NCBI GenBank assembly: GCA_001179505.1
Contig: CDMY01000360.1
Coordinates: forward strand, 1-64,000
DNA: 64,000 nucleotides
Direction: 5' to 3'
Source of the DNA: Vitrella brassicaformis CCMP3155
Taxonomy: Eukaryota > Protista > Chromerida
Both the position numbers and the translations under genes were made by a program. Shown here piece by piece: positions 1 to 11,667 of this stretch. How positions within the stretch are numbered: position 1 is the stretch's first letter; each line of letters starts with the position of its first letter. A model generated the notes under the pieces. The model was not told where the DNA came from. It ran no database searches and was given only the letters and a program-made list of their open reading frames with translations.

Positions 1-113
1 TGGCTCAGCTCGCGGCCGTGGCATGTGGCGCGGGGATGGGCCAGCAGAGCTAGCAGCAGGAAGGGCAGCAGCAGAGGGACACGGGAGGGAGTCACCAACC
101 GACACACCATCAT
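1..113 (-). CDS. 5' part of a secreted-protein paralog of the gene at 18193 (runs off the window edge)
   Basis: Reverse complement reads MMVCRLVTPSRVPLLLPFLLLALLAHPRATCHGRELS, nearly identical to the N-terminus of the 18193 ORF; hydrophobic signal peptide. Confidence 0.6.
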   Translation of the reverse strand, partial: MMVCRLVTPSRVPLLLPFLLLALLAHPRATCHGRELS

Positions 114-209
114 CGATGGATGAACGGATCGATGGATGAATGGATGATGCTCGCGCGTGTGCGTGTGTGTGTTTTGGTCGGTCGCAAGACAATCAATCAA
201 TCGATCATG
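1..209 (-). repeat. Inverted duplicate of 18101..18308 (outer inverted repeat, left arm)
   Basis: Reverse complement matches 18101..18308 (catgatcgattgattg...cggccgcgagctgagcca) with few substitutions and small indels; homology reaches the window edge. Confidence 0.9.
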
Positions 210-1142
210 TCTCAGCTTGTGTAATATGTATGTATGTATTGTATGTGTGTGTACACGTACGTGATGATTGCTCGTTTGTGTCCAATACCATTACTTTAGT
301 CACACACGGCATGCACATGATCATGAGTCAGTCACTCGATCACGCTCATATGATCACGTAGACCATGCAATTCACCACATGCAATTCATCGTCAAAAGCC
401 AGGCAGCCCAGCCCACGTGGCACACAAGGCTGGCTGGCTGGCTGCCAGTGGCTCGTTGGCAATTAAGACACGTGCGACTCACTCACTCACTCCTTTCTGC
501 AGGGAGATCACAGGCAGCCATCGATGTGCCTGTCTGTCGCATCAACGCATCATGGCCATGATGTGTGGATGCGATAAGCGCGGATGAAGGGAGACAGACA
601 GACAGACAGAGAAAGAAATAAAGAAAGAAAGAAAGAACGAGAGAGGCTGTCATTCCGTAGTAGGTAGCTGACTGCACAGAAGGAGAGGCGAGATGGTAGA
701 CATTCAAACCTCTGTTGAAAGCCAGGTGCCCTGCCCATCCGTGGCAGATCCATGTACGCGTTAGGATGTGTCTAGCTAGATTAAAACCCCCCTCTACACT
801 ATATATACGCAATACGCAGCGCAGCGCCCATCCCCTGCTGGATGTACGCTACGCAGCCCACTCACCCCTGCCGTTCACTGTACAACCAAAAAAGCAGATT
901 GGTTGGCATGGCGTGGGTGGCTGTCTGACCGACCTGCCCATCGAGTGACATGTGCCATGTGGATGGGCATGGTGTGGCCTCAAGAAACGCAGCTGGCTGC
1001 ATGACCGACTGACTGACTGACTGACTGCATGCATCATTCATTCAGGTATGGCGGGCGAAAAAGTCCTTCAAATGAGCGTATGTGTGGGTGGGGGTGGGGG
1101 TGGGGGGAATGCATACACCTATTGTATATGGTCGGCTGTGTG

Positions 1143-3698
1143 CTATCTGGCGACGATGTCCATGAGCCACAGGTCCATTGCCTCCACACCTGCTCGAATC
1201 TGCTCCTGCTGCCAGATGCGAGCAGTCTGATAAACACACAAACGATACAACAAGACAGGCAGGCAGAGGGGGTCGCACAGCTGTCTGTCTGTCCATGTGT
1301 TTGGCGAGTCACACACTCACCTTGAATGGAAATTGGTAGCCATACGCCCCCCACTGCACACGACACAACCAGCAGCAAGACCCGGGTGCACGTGAACGTT
1401 CGCCACAAGGCTGTGCTGTCTGTGCGTACCTGGTAGTGGTCCCCATCGTCAATGTATACCTCGGTGAGATGGCCGTCCGGCACGCGCGTCCTCATCGACT
1501 GCTCGATGCGCGCATGACACCTCTCCTGCACAATACACACACAAACACGCATACATGAGCAAGACATAGAGACGAGCCGACACCCCCCCTCCCTTGTGTA
1601 GTGGGTGGTGTGGCTGTTGCCCCTCACCGGATCATCAGGCTCATCATACCGAGAAAAATCTGAAATTCAAGCACGACAAGCCGTTAATGCATGACATGGA
1701 TCCCCATCCATCCACCCACCCACCCACCACGTGTGCCGACAAGTTCCATGAATTCCATCTGTGCGGCGCCGGTGTCGCCGCGGGCCGCCATCAGTGTGAA
1801 GTTGCTGAACCCAAACACACCCGCCATGATGATGCCGCCACGCACATACGGCGGCTGGCTTCTGACGGTGTTGCGGGCCGTGTTGGCTTCGCAAAAGTCA
1901 CCGACACCCACACCACCGGCCGAATGGCTGCACACGAGCAGACAATGAATGGGTGAGGGGATGGATGATGCACGTCTGACCTACCCAATGGCGAACCAAT
2001 CATCAACACTGCAGACAGACAAGAGACAAGAAGGGTAATACATACATACGATCACCATCTCATCTCCTGACTGAGTGACTGTCCTTACATGTGTCCCAGC
2101 TGTTCCAGCACCCTGTTGCCCGTCTCGACGGCATTGAGCGGACTCAGTAGGATGGGCGCATACGGACACACCATGAAGTAGCCCTTACGCGCAAGCTGCC
2201 TGCAGACCACAACACAGCACAACACAGCACAAGAGAACACCACACCACACGCCATGAATGGATGCAGACAGAAAGGGGACGCCTTTGTGTCTGACCTTAG
2301 CAGTATGGCATATGCTTCAGGTGGCACGTGTCGCCCCACAAACATGATCATGCCAGCCTTGTAGGGCGTGGCCCCCTCGTAGACCCACCACAGGTTCTCC
2401 TCGTCGAAGCGCGCACTCACAGTGTCATTCTGAGTGAGCGTCGAGTTCTCGTCCAGCCACTCCAGACCCTCCGCCGTCACCTCCTTGTAATACAGACTGC
2501 ACACCCACCCCGACCACACACACACATACAAAGGTGCGGACCTGCCTGCAGGCACAGATTTCCTTACGTACCCGAAGACGGTCGCTGAGAGGCCGGCGCG
2601 CCATTCCTTCGGTTCGGGGCAGTAGAGGATGCAAGAGGGCCGGGGCGGCTCTGTCTCTTTGTCGTACTCGGGGTCGCTCCTGAGGACCTCCTTGGGCAGC
2701 TGGTGGGGGAACCCGTCGTACCTCGACGGCTCCTCTACAAGGAACATGTCGTCCACGCCGCCCGTCTCCACTGCCAGGATGTTGTGGTAAAAGGACGTCG
2801 TGTAGTTGCCCAGGATCAGCACATCCACCAGCGGATCGCGCGTCTTGAGTCGCGAGTTGGGCGCGTACTCATCCGTGTGGTTCTTGCTCGTGTCGCACGG
2901 GTACTCGTGCCAGCTGAAGTCGTCATGCGTCACATTCGGGAGAGTCGCGACCAGCGCTTCAATGGGCAGTTTGTCAAGGTGTGCTGCGATGACATCGGGT
3001 GGGAAGACCACGTCACTCTCTCCGCCGAGCAGCTGGACCAGCATGTTCTTGTCCTTGAGGTTGGCCGTCGCGTCAGGGATGCCACCCACGATCGATATGG
3101 CCTTGACGCGGGGGTAGAAGGTCTCGGCAAAGACCGAGGCCGCCTTGGCGCCTTCGCCAAACCCAATCAAACCCCATTTCTCAAGCTCGAATTTGCCCAG
3201 CAGCTGCAGGACCAGTGAGGTGCATGCCTGGCATGGCCTCAACTGCTCGACGTCGAAGTCCTCGGTGGCCATGCAGGGGGTGCACGGCGGCAGCACCACT
3301 ATCACGGGATGATCCAGGAGCCCTCCCCGTATCTCCACGCCGCGAGCAGTCAGCCGATGGGCCAGCGGCGCGTACGCACGGGCATCATATCCAATGTCGG
3401 GGAAGATGACCACTCCTGCGCGAATGACGTTGGGGAAGCCCTCCGGTATGATGCCTTCGAAGATGTAGGCGCCGAGGTCCTGCGTCACCTCCACGGTCTC
3501 ACTGGAGTTGAGGAAGAGCTCCACTGCCTCGATGGGTCGGCACTTTGGCATCGTGGCGACCTCCGGCAGCTGTCTGTCGGGTGCCTGCCGTGGGACTCGC
3601 AGTGCGGTGTCTTGTGAGGCAGCTTTGGCCTCGTGGCCCTGGCCCTGGTGCAGGGTCACCATCATGAAGAACAGTAGCGGCCGCAGCGAATGGCGCAT
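1143..3698 (-). CDS. Secreted protein with two tandem alpha/beta-hydrolase-fold (Abhydrolase_5-like) domains, multi-exon
   Basis: Signal-like start MRHSLRPLLFFMMV. Domain 1: GVVIFPDIGYDARAYAPLAHRL...WGLIGFGEGA...ESDVV...VTHDDF. Domain 2: GMIMFVGRHVPPEAYAILL...MIGSPLG...VRGGIIMAG...IDDGDHYQWGAYGYQ. Last exon TARIWQQEQIR...DIVAR* inferred. Confidence 0.62.
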
Positions 3699-4452
3699 AG
3701 GATACCCCTCCCAGGCCTCCCTCCCTCCTCGCCTGGCGTCAACACCTGCAAGACACACGAGGGGTCACTCTGCAGAAAGAGAGTCATGTGCTGACCTTGG
3801 CGCTTCCTGCCGCCGCCGCCTCCATTTGAACCGTCGTGTGTCTTCCAGCTCCCAATGAAAGGACATATGGATGACGCCAGCTCCCGTTGAAAGGACAGAG
3901 AACGTTGCCTGGGGTTTTCCCCACTGTGTCAACAGCAACGGGTTCCCCCTTGCAGCGCTTTCGTCGTCGTGGCCAAAGACGTTTCTTTATTTCTGTCACC
4001 AACGGCAAGAAAGCTCCGATTTTTTCACCTCTGCTGATCCCTCGAGTGACAACTTCAAGTGGCGGGGCTGTGAGCAAGGGGATCCTCAGAGGACACGTAC
4101 GGCTTCTCTCCGTGATGAACACTGGCTGGGGAAGAACGGGATGGAGCCACAGCCAGTAGGCAGCCCGGATGGACGCGGCAGCCACAGCGGGGGTGGAAAT
4201 CAGTCAAACAAATGCATTGCAAAGGTGATGCGCCTACTTGTGAGTCCGTCACCTGTCGCTGTACAAATCAACCAAAGAGCAACGAAATATACAGACACCT
4301 GTCTGCCTGCCTGCCTGCCTCTGCTGCCTATTTGCCGTCCATCCATCTATCCATCAGCTATGTACACTCACTAAGCCACTTGCTCAGCCAGCCGCCATAC
4401 ACCACTGACTGACTGACATCATCAGCTTGAAAGGATGCAATCACTAGCTCAC

Positions 4453-6051
4453 TCACACCCTGCCCGCCAACACCCCGTGTGCGCGCAGCGGCAATTCGCT
4501 TTCGGTCAGGAATGGCACGACTGTGTTGGCGACACACATGACCTGAAGAAGGGAAAAAGGGCAGAAACGCGTGTGTGAATCTGGGGTCTCTCTCTCCCCC
4601 TCTGTGTGCGTGTGTGTGTACGTGGTTCTTAAAATCCAGAGAACACTCGTGTTTCAGCAGCATGTCCAGCCCGAAGATCAAGTCGATCTCCGCGTCACGC
4701 ATCACCGTGAACGAGCAGAGCTGAACGCACACACACCCACATCCACATATGGCATATGTAAAAGGGAGAGAGAGGAGGGGAATCAGCAACGCCCACTAAT
4801 ATGGATGCGACGCTCACCAGTGTGATGCCGCCCACTTCTAGTTCGGCGAGGTGGATCCTCCCGACGATGGGAGCTGAACCGACACCAATAGCCACACCTG
4901 TCGGGACAGCCACACACACACACACGGCAGGTCGTTGCTTTGTCTCTGCATCTGGTGCCTCATGCGAAAGTCACCCTGAAACCTCCGGTCGATCAGCTCG
5001 TCCAGGCCAGCCTTCCGGGCCGCCCTCTCGCTCAGGATGGTCATCTGCGCACCTGGGGAGCAGCACAGAGAGCGCATACAGCAAGCTTCAATGTGTCTTG
5101 TGTCTTTGTTGGGCCCATCTCTTCCCCCCGGCACCTGTGTCGACGAAGGCGCTCATTTCAGCACCGTTGACCTTGACGTTTATGTAAAGCATGACCACCC
5201 GCGCAAATGCCTCAGGCGTCAGCTCCATCGCCATCTGCAACCAACCACCACTCAAACACAGTCACGAACGAAGAGTGAATGTGGCATTCCCACTTCATGG
5301 ATTTTGTGGCCTTGCCTCGTAATTGCGGTCGATGTTTCGGAGTTGTGTCATCTCCCGCAGTCGCCTCTGGACCTCGGCCTGCGTCGACGGCGCATATATG
5401 TGTGGACCGCCGCTCGACCTGGAGGAGGGTGAGCCGCCCTGTGCGGCCAGGGCAGCCGCTTCTGGACTGATGCCTGCCACACAGGACAGCACACGAGGAC
5501 AACGACATCATGGGGCCGACATCGATCAGATCGGTCACCGCCCTTCCCTGCCTTCCCCCTCTCTCATCATCCACCACTCACCCGTTTCTGCGGCCACTTG
5601 CTGCATGAGTTCTTCAGGCGACACGCCGGCTTTGAGGAAGTCACGGAGGTTCTCCTGCCATGAGTCGCGCCGCGTGAAGCCTCTCGTACGCGACGATGAG
5701 GTTGAGCCCTGCCGCTGCATGCTGCTGCTGGCGGCTGGTGCTGCAGGAGCATTGGCGTCGCGGCACACCTCCAAGAGACAGTTGTCAGCCACCGAGGTCT
5801 CGTGAATGTGCTTCGATGGGTCGAGAACCTCCTTTGCCAACCTCAGCTTGAAGAGGTCCGGCTGGATGGAGAACTCTGATGATAAGATACAGTCAGGAGA
5901 AGGACGGCTCGGTTGCCCCTATGTTCCCTTGAGCGTGTGTTTGCGTAGTACCTGCTGCAGCTAAGATGAACAGATCATCCACCTTGTCTGATGGCTCCAC
6001 AAAAGCCTCCATGACCTGCCCGCTGTGCTCGTCATAGATGTTGACGCGCAT
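4453..6051 (-). CDS. DDI1: DNA damage-inducible protein 1 (UBL plus retroviral-type aspartic protease), multi-exon
   Basis: Spliced product contains [74 protein letters not shown] and [10 protein letters not shown]; N-terminal ubiquitin-like region; no UBA seen. Confidence 0.88.
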
Positions 6052-6236
6052 CTTGGGGCAAACACGGATCTCGCTCTCCGTCCTTCCGAGCTCGCATTCA
6101 AGGGATCGCCAGATCTGCTGCAGCTCGTTCCAAAAACCGAGGAAGGTACCTACCGCACAAGAGAAGCCAGTATGTATGATCGTATTCATGAAAGCAAACA
6201 CACCTTCGTTGGCTCCTTTGGGTTGCGTTGCGGAGA

Positions 6237-6716
6237 ATGGATGCAGGAGGTGCAACCGATGGCCGCGACAGGTATGGCTTCTTCAAGCTGAGTGGATATG
6301 CGACGCTCCCGACAGCCGACGACAAGGAGAGGACCGACAAGTCCGTCCACATTGGGCACAAGCTCGATGTCCGTATAGGCAGGGAGTCTTCCAAGGCGCC
6401 CAGCGACGCAGATGGGAACTGCCAGTGGATCCTCTACCCGCCTGAGATGAAGAAACTCTCCCGCGCTGCCGCACGTATCCGGTGGCGGCCGCTGAAGAAG
6501 GTGGAGAATCTCAAGGGAGTGGCAGATGGTACGCCGATGGAGGGATCAGCGTGGGTCTTGGAGGCGACCTCGAGCAACGTGGTGGTCAACCGGCGCCTCT
6601 TGAACGAGAACGACAATGTGGTGCTCAAATCGCGGTCTGCTATCAGTCTGGGGCGGGGGGCAGTGCGGCTGTACTTCCTACTGCCGAGGGAAGGGTCTCA
6701 GAAGCCGCAGCAGTGA
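6237..6716 (+). CDS. Small FHA-domain protein, intronless
   Basis: YGFFKLSG...VRIGRES...KLSRAAARIRW...SSNVVVN...VVLKSRSAISLG fits the FHA beta-strand pattern (G-R and S-R present). Confidence 0.65.
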   Translation: MDAGGATDGRDRYGFFKLSGYATLPTADDKERTDKSVHIGHKLDVRIGRESSKAPSDADGNCQWILYPPEMKKLSRAAARIRWRPLKKVENLKGVADGTPMEGSAWVLEATSSNVVVNRRLLNENDNVVLKSRSAISLGRGAVRLYFLLPREGSQKPQQ

Positions 6717-7090
6717 CTCAGTTGAGAGAGACGGCTGTTGTGTTGTGTGTGTGCGTTGGTTGGTTGGTTGAGAGTTGCTTAGATCCGCATCTCTGTGTAC
6801 AGCTATTTGTCTGTATCCCTCGCCCTGACTTTTGTTCCCCCTGACTTTTATTCGCTGCATGCCATGCACTCTTGATTGAAGGATCGTGCTCACACACTTG
6901 ACTGATCGCACAAAGGGTGTGGTGTGCATGAAGCGTCGACAAATAGATGGATGACACGACCAGGTCAGTGTCCAGACAGCAAGCATCAGACGCTCACAGG
7001 CTCTCTGAGAGCGCCCCTCCCCTCCCCTCCCCTCCCCTCAACACAGACAGACACGTGCACCGCACCCACCCGAGAGAAAATATATAGCGT

Positions 7091-8761
7091 TTAGGCATCG
7101 AGTGCGCCCCTTGACTGTGATGCGGCGGCGCTCAGCTTTGAGCGGCTCGGTCCTGTGTGCAGCCTGGGCGCACTCTCTTGGTCATCGTCCATGTCGGCCG
7201 TCTTGTGTTGTATCTCTCGCAGCACCCTCTGCATGTCTCGCACCTCTTGCCGAAGGGAACTGTTCTCCTCCTTCAGCCGGTCATGGCGCGCCTGCAACTC
7301 ACGGACAGCCGCGCTGTCCTCGGCATTGCCAGATTGTTGGGCCGCCCGAGTCAGGCCGAGGAGAGTATACGTGAGAGCGCCGATCTTCTTCCTTTTCTCG
7401 ATGGGGAGTGCCCCCAGAATGCGTTTGAAGTCGTCGGCAATGGCGACCTCAGCGGCCACATTGTCGTGCACGTGTGGGATCGGTAGGGCGGCCAGGAGGG
7501 GCTTGAGGCTGGTGGATCGGTAGTGGCGGAACAGAGGGAAGAATGTCTCGATTTCGCCCTGCAGCTCACGCAGCTGGGTGGACACGGCGATCGACTCGGC
7601 CTCGCGGAAACGCAGCTGGTCCTCCAACTCTGACTGACGCTCCGAAAACTTGCTGCAGGCAGACAGACAGACAGACAGGCAAAGAGACAGGAGACATCAG
7701 TTTGGTGCTCTGTGTGTCTTCTGCCTGCCTGACCTTTCGAGTGTGGTGATGAGTTGCTGCATCTGTCTGGGGTGCTGTCTCCTCATGTCGATGAGCTCCT
7801 TGTGCGTGGCATCCAACTCTTCCTTGATGGTCTCTGTGCGGGCCTGGTGGTGGGCCACGGAGGCCTTGAGCTCACTGAGCACACGGTCGAACAGCTCCAC
7901 ATAGGTCCGCCATATCTTCTCCAACACCATGCCCCTCTCCAGACAGTGGTGCGTCACCTGCCGCACCAACTCATGCAGCCCGATAGACAAGATCGGCAGC
8001 AAGTTCTCCACAGCCTCAAAAAGGTCCTCCTTGCGACTCAGGCGCAGCGCATACTTCTCAATCGTCCCGCTCACCCACTGGTCCAGAAACACGGCGTCGG
8101 CACGGCTGGACGGCTTGCCAGAGGGAAAGACCACAGTGTGCCACTTCTGGTCAGTCTCACGATAGGTTGCTCCTCTGGATGGGAACAGAGAGGCCTCTGT
8201 GACGCGGTCGCCTTGGGGGATGAGAGAGGCGGGCAGCCGGGGCGTGAGGAAGTGGGGCCGCTCCTTCCGGTATGATATATCGCCTGTGGGTTGCCCCTTG
8301 GCCGCCGTGCCCTCCATCTCCTTTAGTATGGGCAGCTTCTGACTCGCCGCTGACGACGCAAATGTAGCGCTGGATAATGTGTGTAGGTGCTTCTCCAGCA
8401 GGTCGGCAGCAGCCGGCCGGCCCCTCGTGCTTCTCATGGTCGTTGCCTTCTTCGTGTCCGCTGCTGCTGGGGCCTGCGCCTTGCGGGCAGAGGCCTTTTT
8501 CGCTCTCGAAACATCGGATTCCCCTTGGCGATCGTTCTCAGGACTGCGACGCGTCGATTTCCGGCTTTGTTGTGCCGCATGTGGTCCCTTTGGTCCCTCG
8601 GTGGATGTGGCGGCTGTGGCGTCACGTCGAGGGCTGACTGGAGGTGAGCGTCTGGAGAGGGGCTGTGAGTCGACGGGCTCCGACGAATCCTCGACAAGGC
8701 TGATGTCTGCAAGCGTCCTGGTCTTACTCTCCATGTAGGCGATGTGTGCCGCGGAAGTCAT
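7091..8761 (-). CDS. Axonemal dynein light chain domain protein (p28/AXDND1-like) with coiled-coil tail
   Basis: PSSRADAVFLDQW...LHELVRQVTHHCLERGMVLEKIWRTYVELF matches the Ax_dynein_light motif (ELIRQVT..C.ERG..L); downstream coiled-coil exon 7091..7627. Start Met uncertain. Confidence 0.68.
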
Positions 8762-8957
8762 ACTGCGGGGGGGGGTGAAGGAGCTCAGGGGGGGCCCACC
8801 AGTCTCCGGTCGACTCGAGGCTCGCGTCCTTCGTGCGGCAGAGGTCCTCGGCGGCCAGATCTCCACGAACTGCTGTCGGTTGAGCAAGATCTACACCGTC
8901 GTGCCTTCCTGATTCATCTCCATGTTCATCTCGTGACTGCAAGCATCGCTTTCCGCA

Positions 8958-9918
8958 ATGGCCGAGGAACCGTCTGCTGCTGTGGATGGTCTTGTCAGGG
9001 TTGTGGTAGGCAGGGACGGCAGTACAGAGGCTTTCAACGAGAAAAATGTGACCAAGGGCAAACACGCGCGAGCGCTCCATCCTCATACGCGCTGTTCTGT
9101 GTTTGTTCTATGGGTGGTTCTGTTGTGTGCGTTGCAGTCTTTGCTCAGAAGGCACAGCTCCTTCTTCGATGCGGCGCTGCGAGACCGTGATGACGTTGCA
9201 TTCACTGAAGGCGCCTCAGATACTTTAACTCTCTCCACCGTCCACCCGGAGACCTTCAGACACTTTCCTGTCCTCGCATCGATGGGGGATCTCCGCGACG
9301 AAACGCTTCTACGCAAGCATATTGCCATGCTAAGGGACCGGGACAACGCTCTGGAGGTCAGCCGAGTCGCACACACATGGCATACACACGCTTGTGGCTG
9401 TACGATGACTGTATGTGTTCGCTGACCAGGTGCCTGGTGAGCATTCCGACAGCAAGAGCGATGGCAGCGATGGCAGGAAGGATGGCCTGCTGTACTTGTT
9501 CGAGATGTGTGCCTTTTTGTCGATGGACAAGCACGTCGAGGCGATCCTCAGCGTGTTGTTGGAGCACACAGACCGCCTCCCTGTCAACACCGTGGCCTTC
9601 CTGCTCAGGCTCAAGCCAGATCTGCTCGACAGTCCGTTGTTCCCCAAGGCGGCCCTCGCCAGAGCTCTCAAAGAGAAGCTCAAGGACATGGAGGCCGACG
9701 CCAGGCGAGAGGCCATGCAGTCGCTGCCGTTCGCCTTCGTGATGGACATTATGGAGCTGTTTGTCAGCTCGTCCAACGAGCTCGATCAGGCGAACTCAGC
9801 TATGGGGAAGCAGGCAGCGGAGCTGAACAAGATACGGCTGAAGCAGGGGGCCCTCAGGCAGGCGGCGCAGAACAACTTGTGCCACACCTGTTCTCGGCAG
9901 GTCATGAAGTATGTGTAG
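8958..9918 (+). CDS. BTB/POZ-like protein with C-terminal coiled coil and CxxC, multi-exon
   Basis: SLLRRHSSFFDAALRD...TVHPETFRHF resembles the BTB core; last exon 9430..9918 is GC3-rich and ends QNNLCHTCSRQ. Confidence 0.42.
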
Positions 9919-10236
9919 CGAGAGGCATGTGTGTGTGGTGTGTGGTGGTGTGTGTGTGATTTATCGATCGCGTGTTGACGGCCAGCTGATGGACCCCTTT
10001 TATTCACGGATGTGTGTGGCCTCTTTGTGTATGGGAGACTGTGTCGTGTGGATTTGTTGAATCACTTCATCCTGTCCGTCACCCTCGATCGAGACAATCA
10101 AGATAGAAGAGGTGCTTCGATCGATTTCATCAAGTGAATCAATAAATGAATGAATGAATGAACATTTGTACGTACGACCATACAAAAGTCAGTCATTCAT
10201 CCGTTGACCAGAGACGCGCAGCAGCAGCTTGTCACA

Positions 10237-11277
10237 ATGCATCACGTCGCAGCCATTGTGTTTGCTCTGGCCTGTCTGTTGTCGTGCGGCGACTGTATGT
10301 CGACGTCACTGTCCGTGTCTCAGTCGTCGCGACTCATCCCGGGCATACCTGGCCTCAGTACAGCATACACACACTGAGGCCCATTTTCATGTGTGTCTGT
10401 CTGCGTCTTTCTTCCAGAGATTCCCAACCCAATCAAGGACATCTTTGATGCCTTCTTCGGCCAGTCGACGGAGATGAAGAACGCCGCTCAGAGCTTCAAA
10501 CGCATCACCAACCAGCTGCCAACCCAGAGTCATGAGCGGCCGGTCTGCCTGGTGCATGTTTGTATCTATCGCTGTGTGTCTGTCTCTTGATTCAGGCGGC
10601 ATCGTTAAGGCCGTGCAGCAACTTTCCGAGTGAGCCACAAGACAAGACAAGACACAATACACCACACACAAGTGGCTCCTCTGTCTGTGTGATGGTTGAC
10701 CAATCGATCGGTGGGTCGATCAATCATTAGGACGAGGAAAAGCTCCAGGCCAACATCCAAAAAGAGGCGAGTCTACCACCCGTCACCAAGTGTGAGCTGC
10801 CGCACTACGCCAGAAACTACACTGAGAACTGCCCTGTAAGTAAGACTAAGCCATATCCATGTGTCTCCCTCCCTCCATCCCCGTTTCAATGCATGTTTGT
10901 GTGGCATTAAAGGTGCCGTTTGAGCAGTTGTCTTCCGGCGCATGCTTCGGGAAGAACTACCAGGGCAGCTGCGAAGCACTGTTCCACCCACAGCGATTTT
11001 CCACACAGGTGACACACGACAACGCACACACACAGTCAATCCATCGATGGCCTCCTTGCAAAATGCTTCCATGTGTTTGTGCGCGTAGGACAAGAAGGAC
11101 TGGGAATTTCGGTGCTGCACATACTGGCCAAAGCTAGTCGAGGAGCCGGCAGCTCGAGAAGCCAAGCTCGAGCAGCTCGAGAAGCCAAGCTCGAGATCAC
11201 GAAGCCGCTGGTCGAGCGGGAGAGGATGCCAACCGCACTCCGAGGGCCGAGTGGACCAGTCGATTTTCGAGGAATGA
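10237..11277 (+). CDS. CPW-WPC domain protein with signal peptide; C-terminus frameshifted by a 23-nt duplication
   Basis: Signal MHHVAAIVFALACLLSCGDC. Spliced domain RNYTENCPVPFEQLSSGACFGKNYQGSCEALFHPQRFSTQDKKDWEFRCCTYWPK fits the apicomplexan/chromerid CPW-WPC pattern (Y..CP..C..Y.G.C..K..WE..C..WP). The alternative frame ends GPSGPVDFRGMIIPVQ* at 11294. Confidence 0.75.
10899..11273 (+). repeat. Inner inverted repeat, arm A (last two CPW-WPC exons and the intron between them)
   Basis: Matches the reverse complement of 12968..13297 across exon, intron and exon. Confidence 0.92.
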
Positions 11278-11667
11278 TCATCCCGGTGCAGTGAGGCCAG
11301 GCAAGCCAAGCCACACAGACTGACAGACTGACAGACTGACGGGACAGCACGGCTGACAGACACAGAGACACACGGACACTCAGAAACTGGCAATCCGGAC
11401 TGAGAGATTGAATGGATCTTGATGCACACACATGACCTTTCGCGTCCATAGTGCATCCATCATCCATCATGCATACGTACGTGTCCGTCTGTCCAAGTCT
11501 CATCGGACACGTATGCGTCGAAAAGTAGCTACATATGCACGGACATCGTCCTTGCTGACATCAAGGTGATGACTCCCACTCACTGGAAGCACACACACAC
11601 ACACACACACACAAATAAATCATATAAGAGAAGAGAGAGATCATGGGGTGCATCATGCTGGCCCTTC

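Noticed and set aside
140-1325. Many short ORFs in the track made of VCVC/THTH/LSVC runs, here and throughout the window
   Set aside because: They are translations of intronic and intergenic microsatellites; several start at GTG/TTG.
3784-4374. ORFs 3871..4374 (+) and 3784..4185 (-)
   Set aside because: No recognisable motif or clear codon bias; lies between the DDI1 3' end and the hydrolase start, so more likely UTR or promoter.
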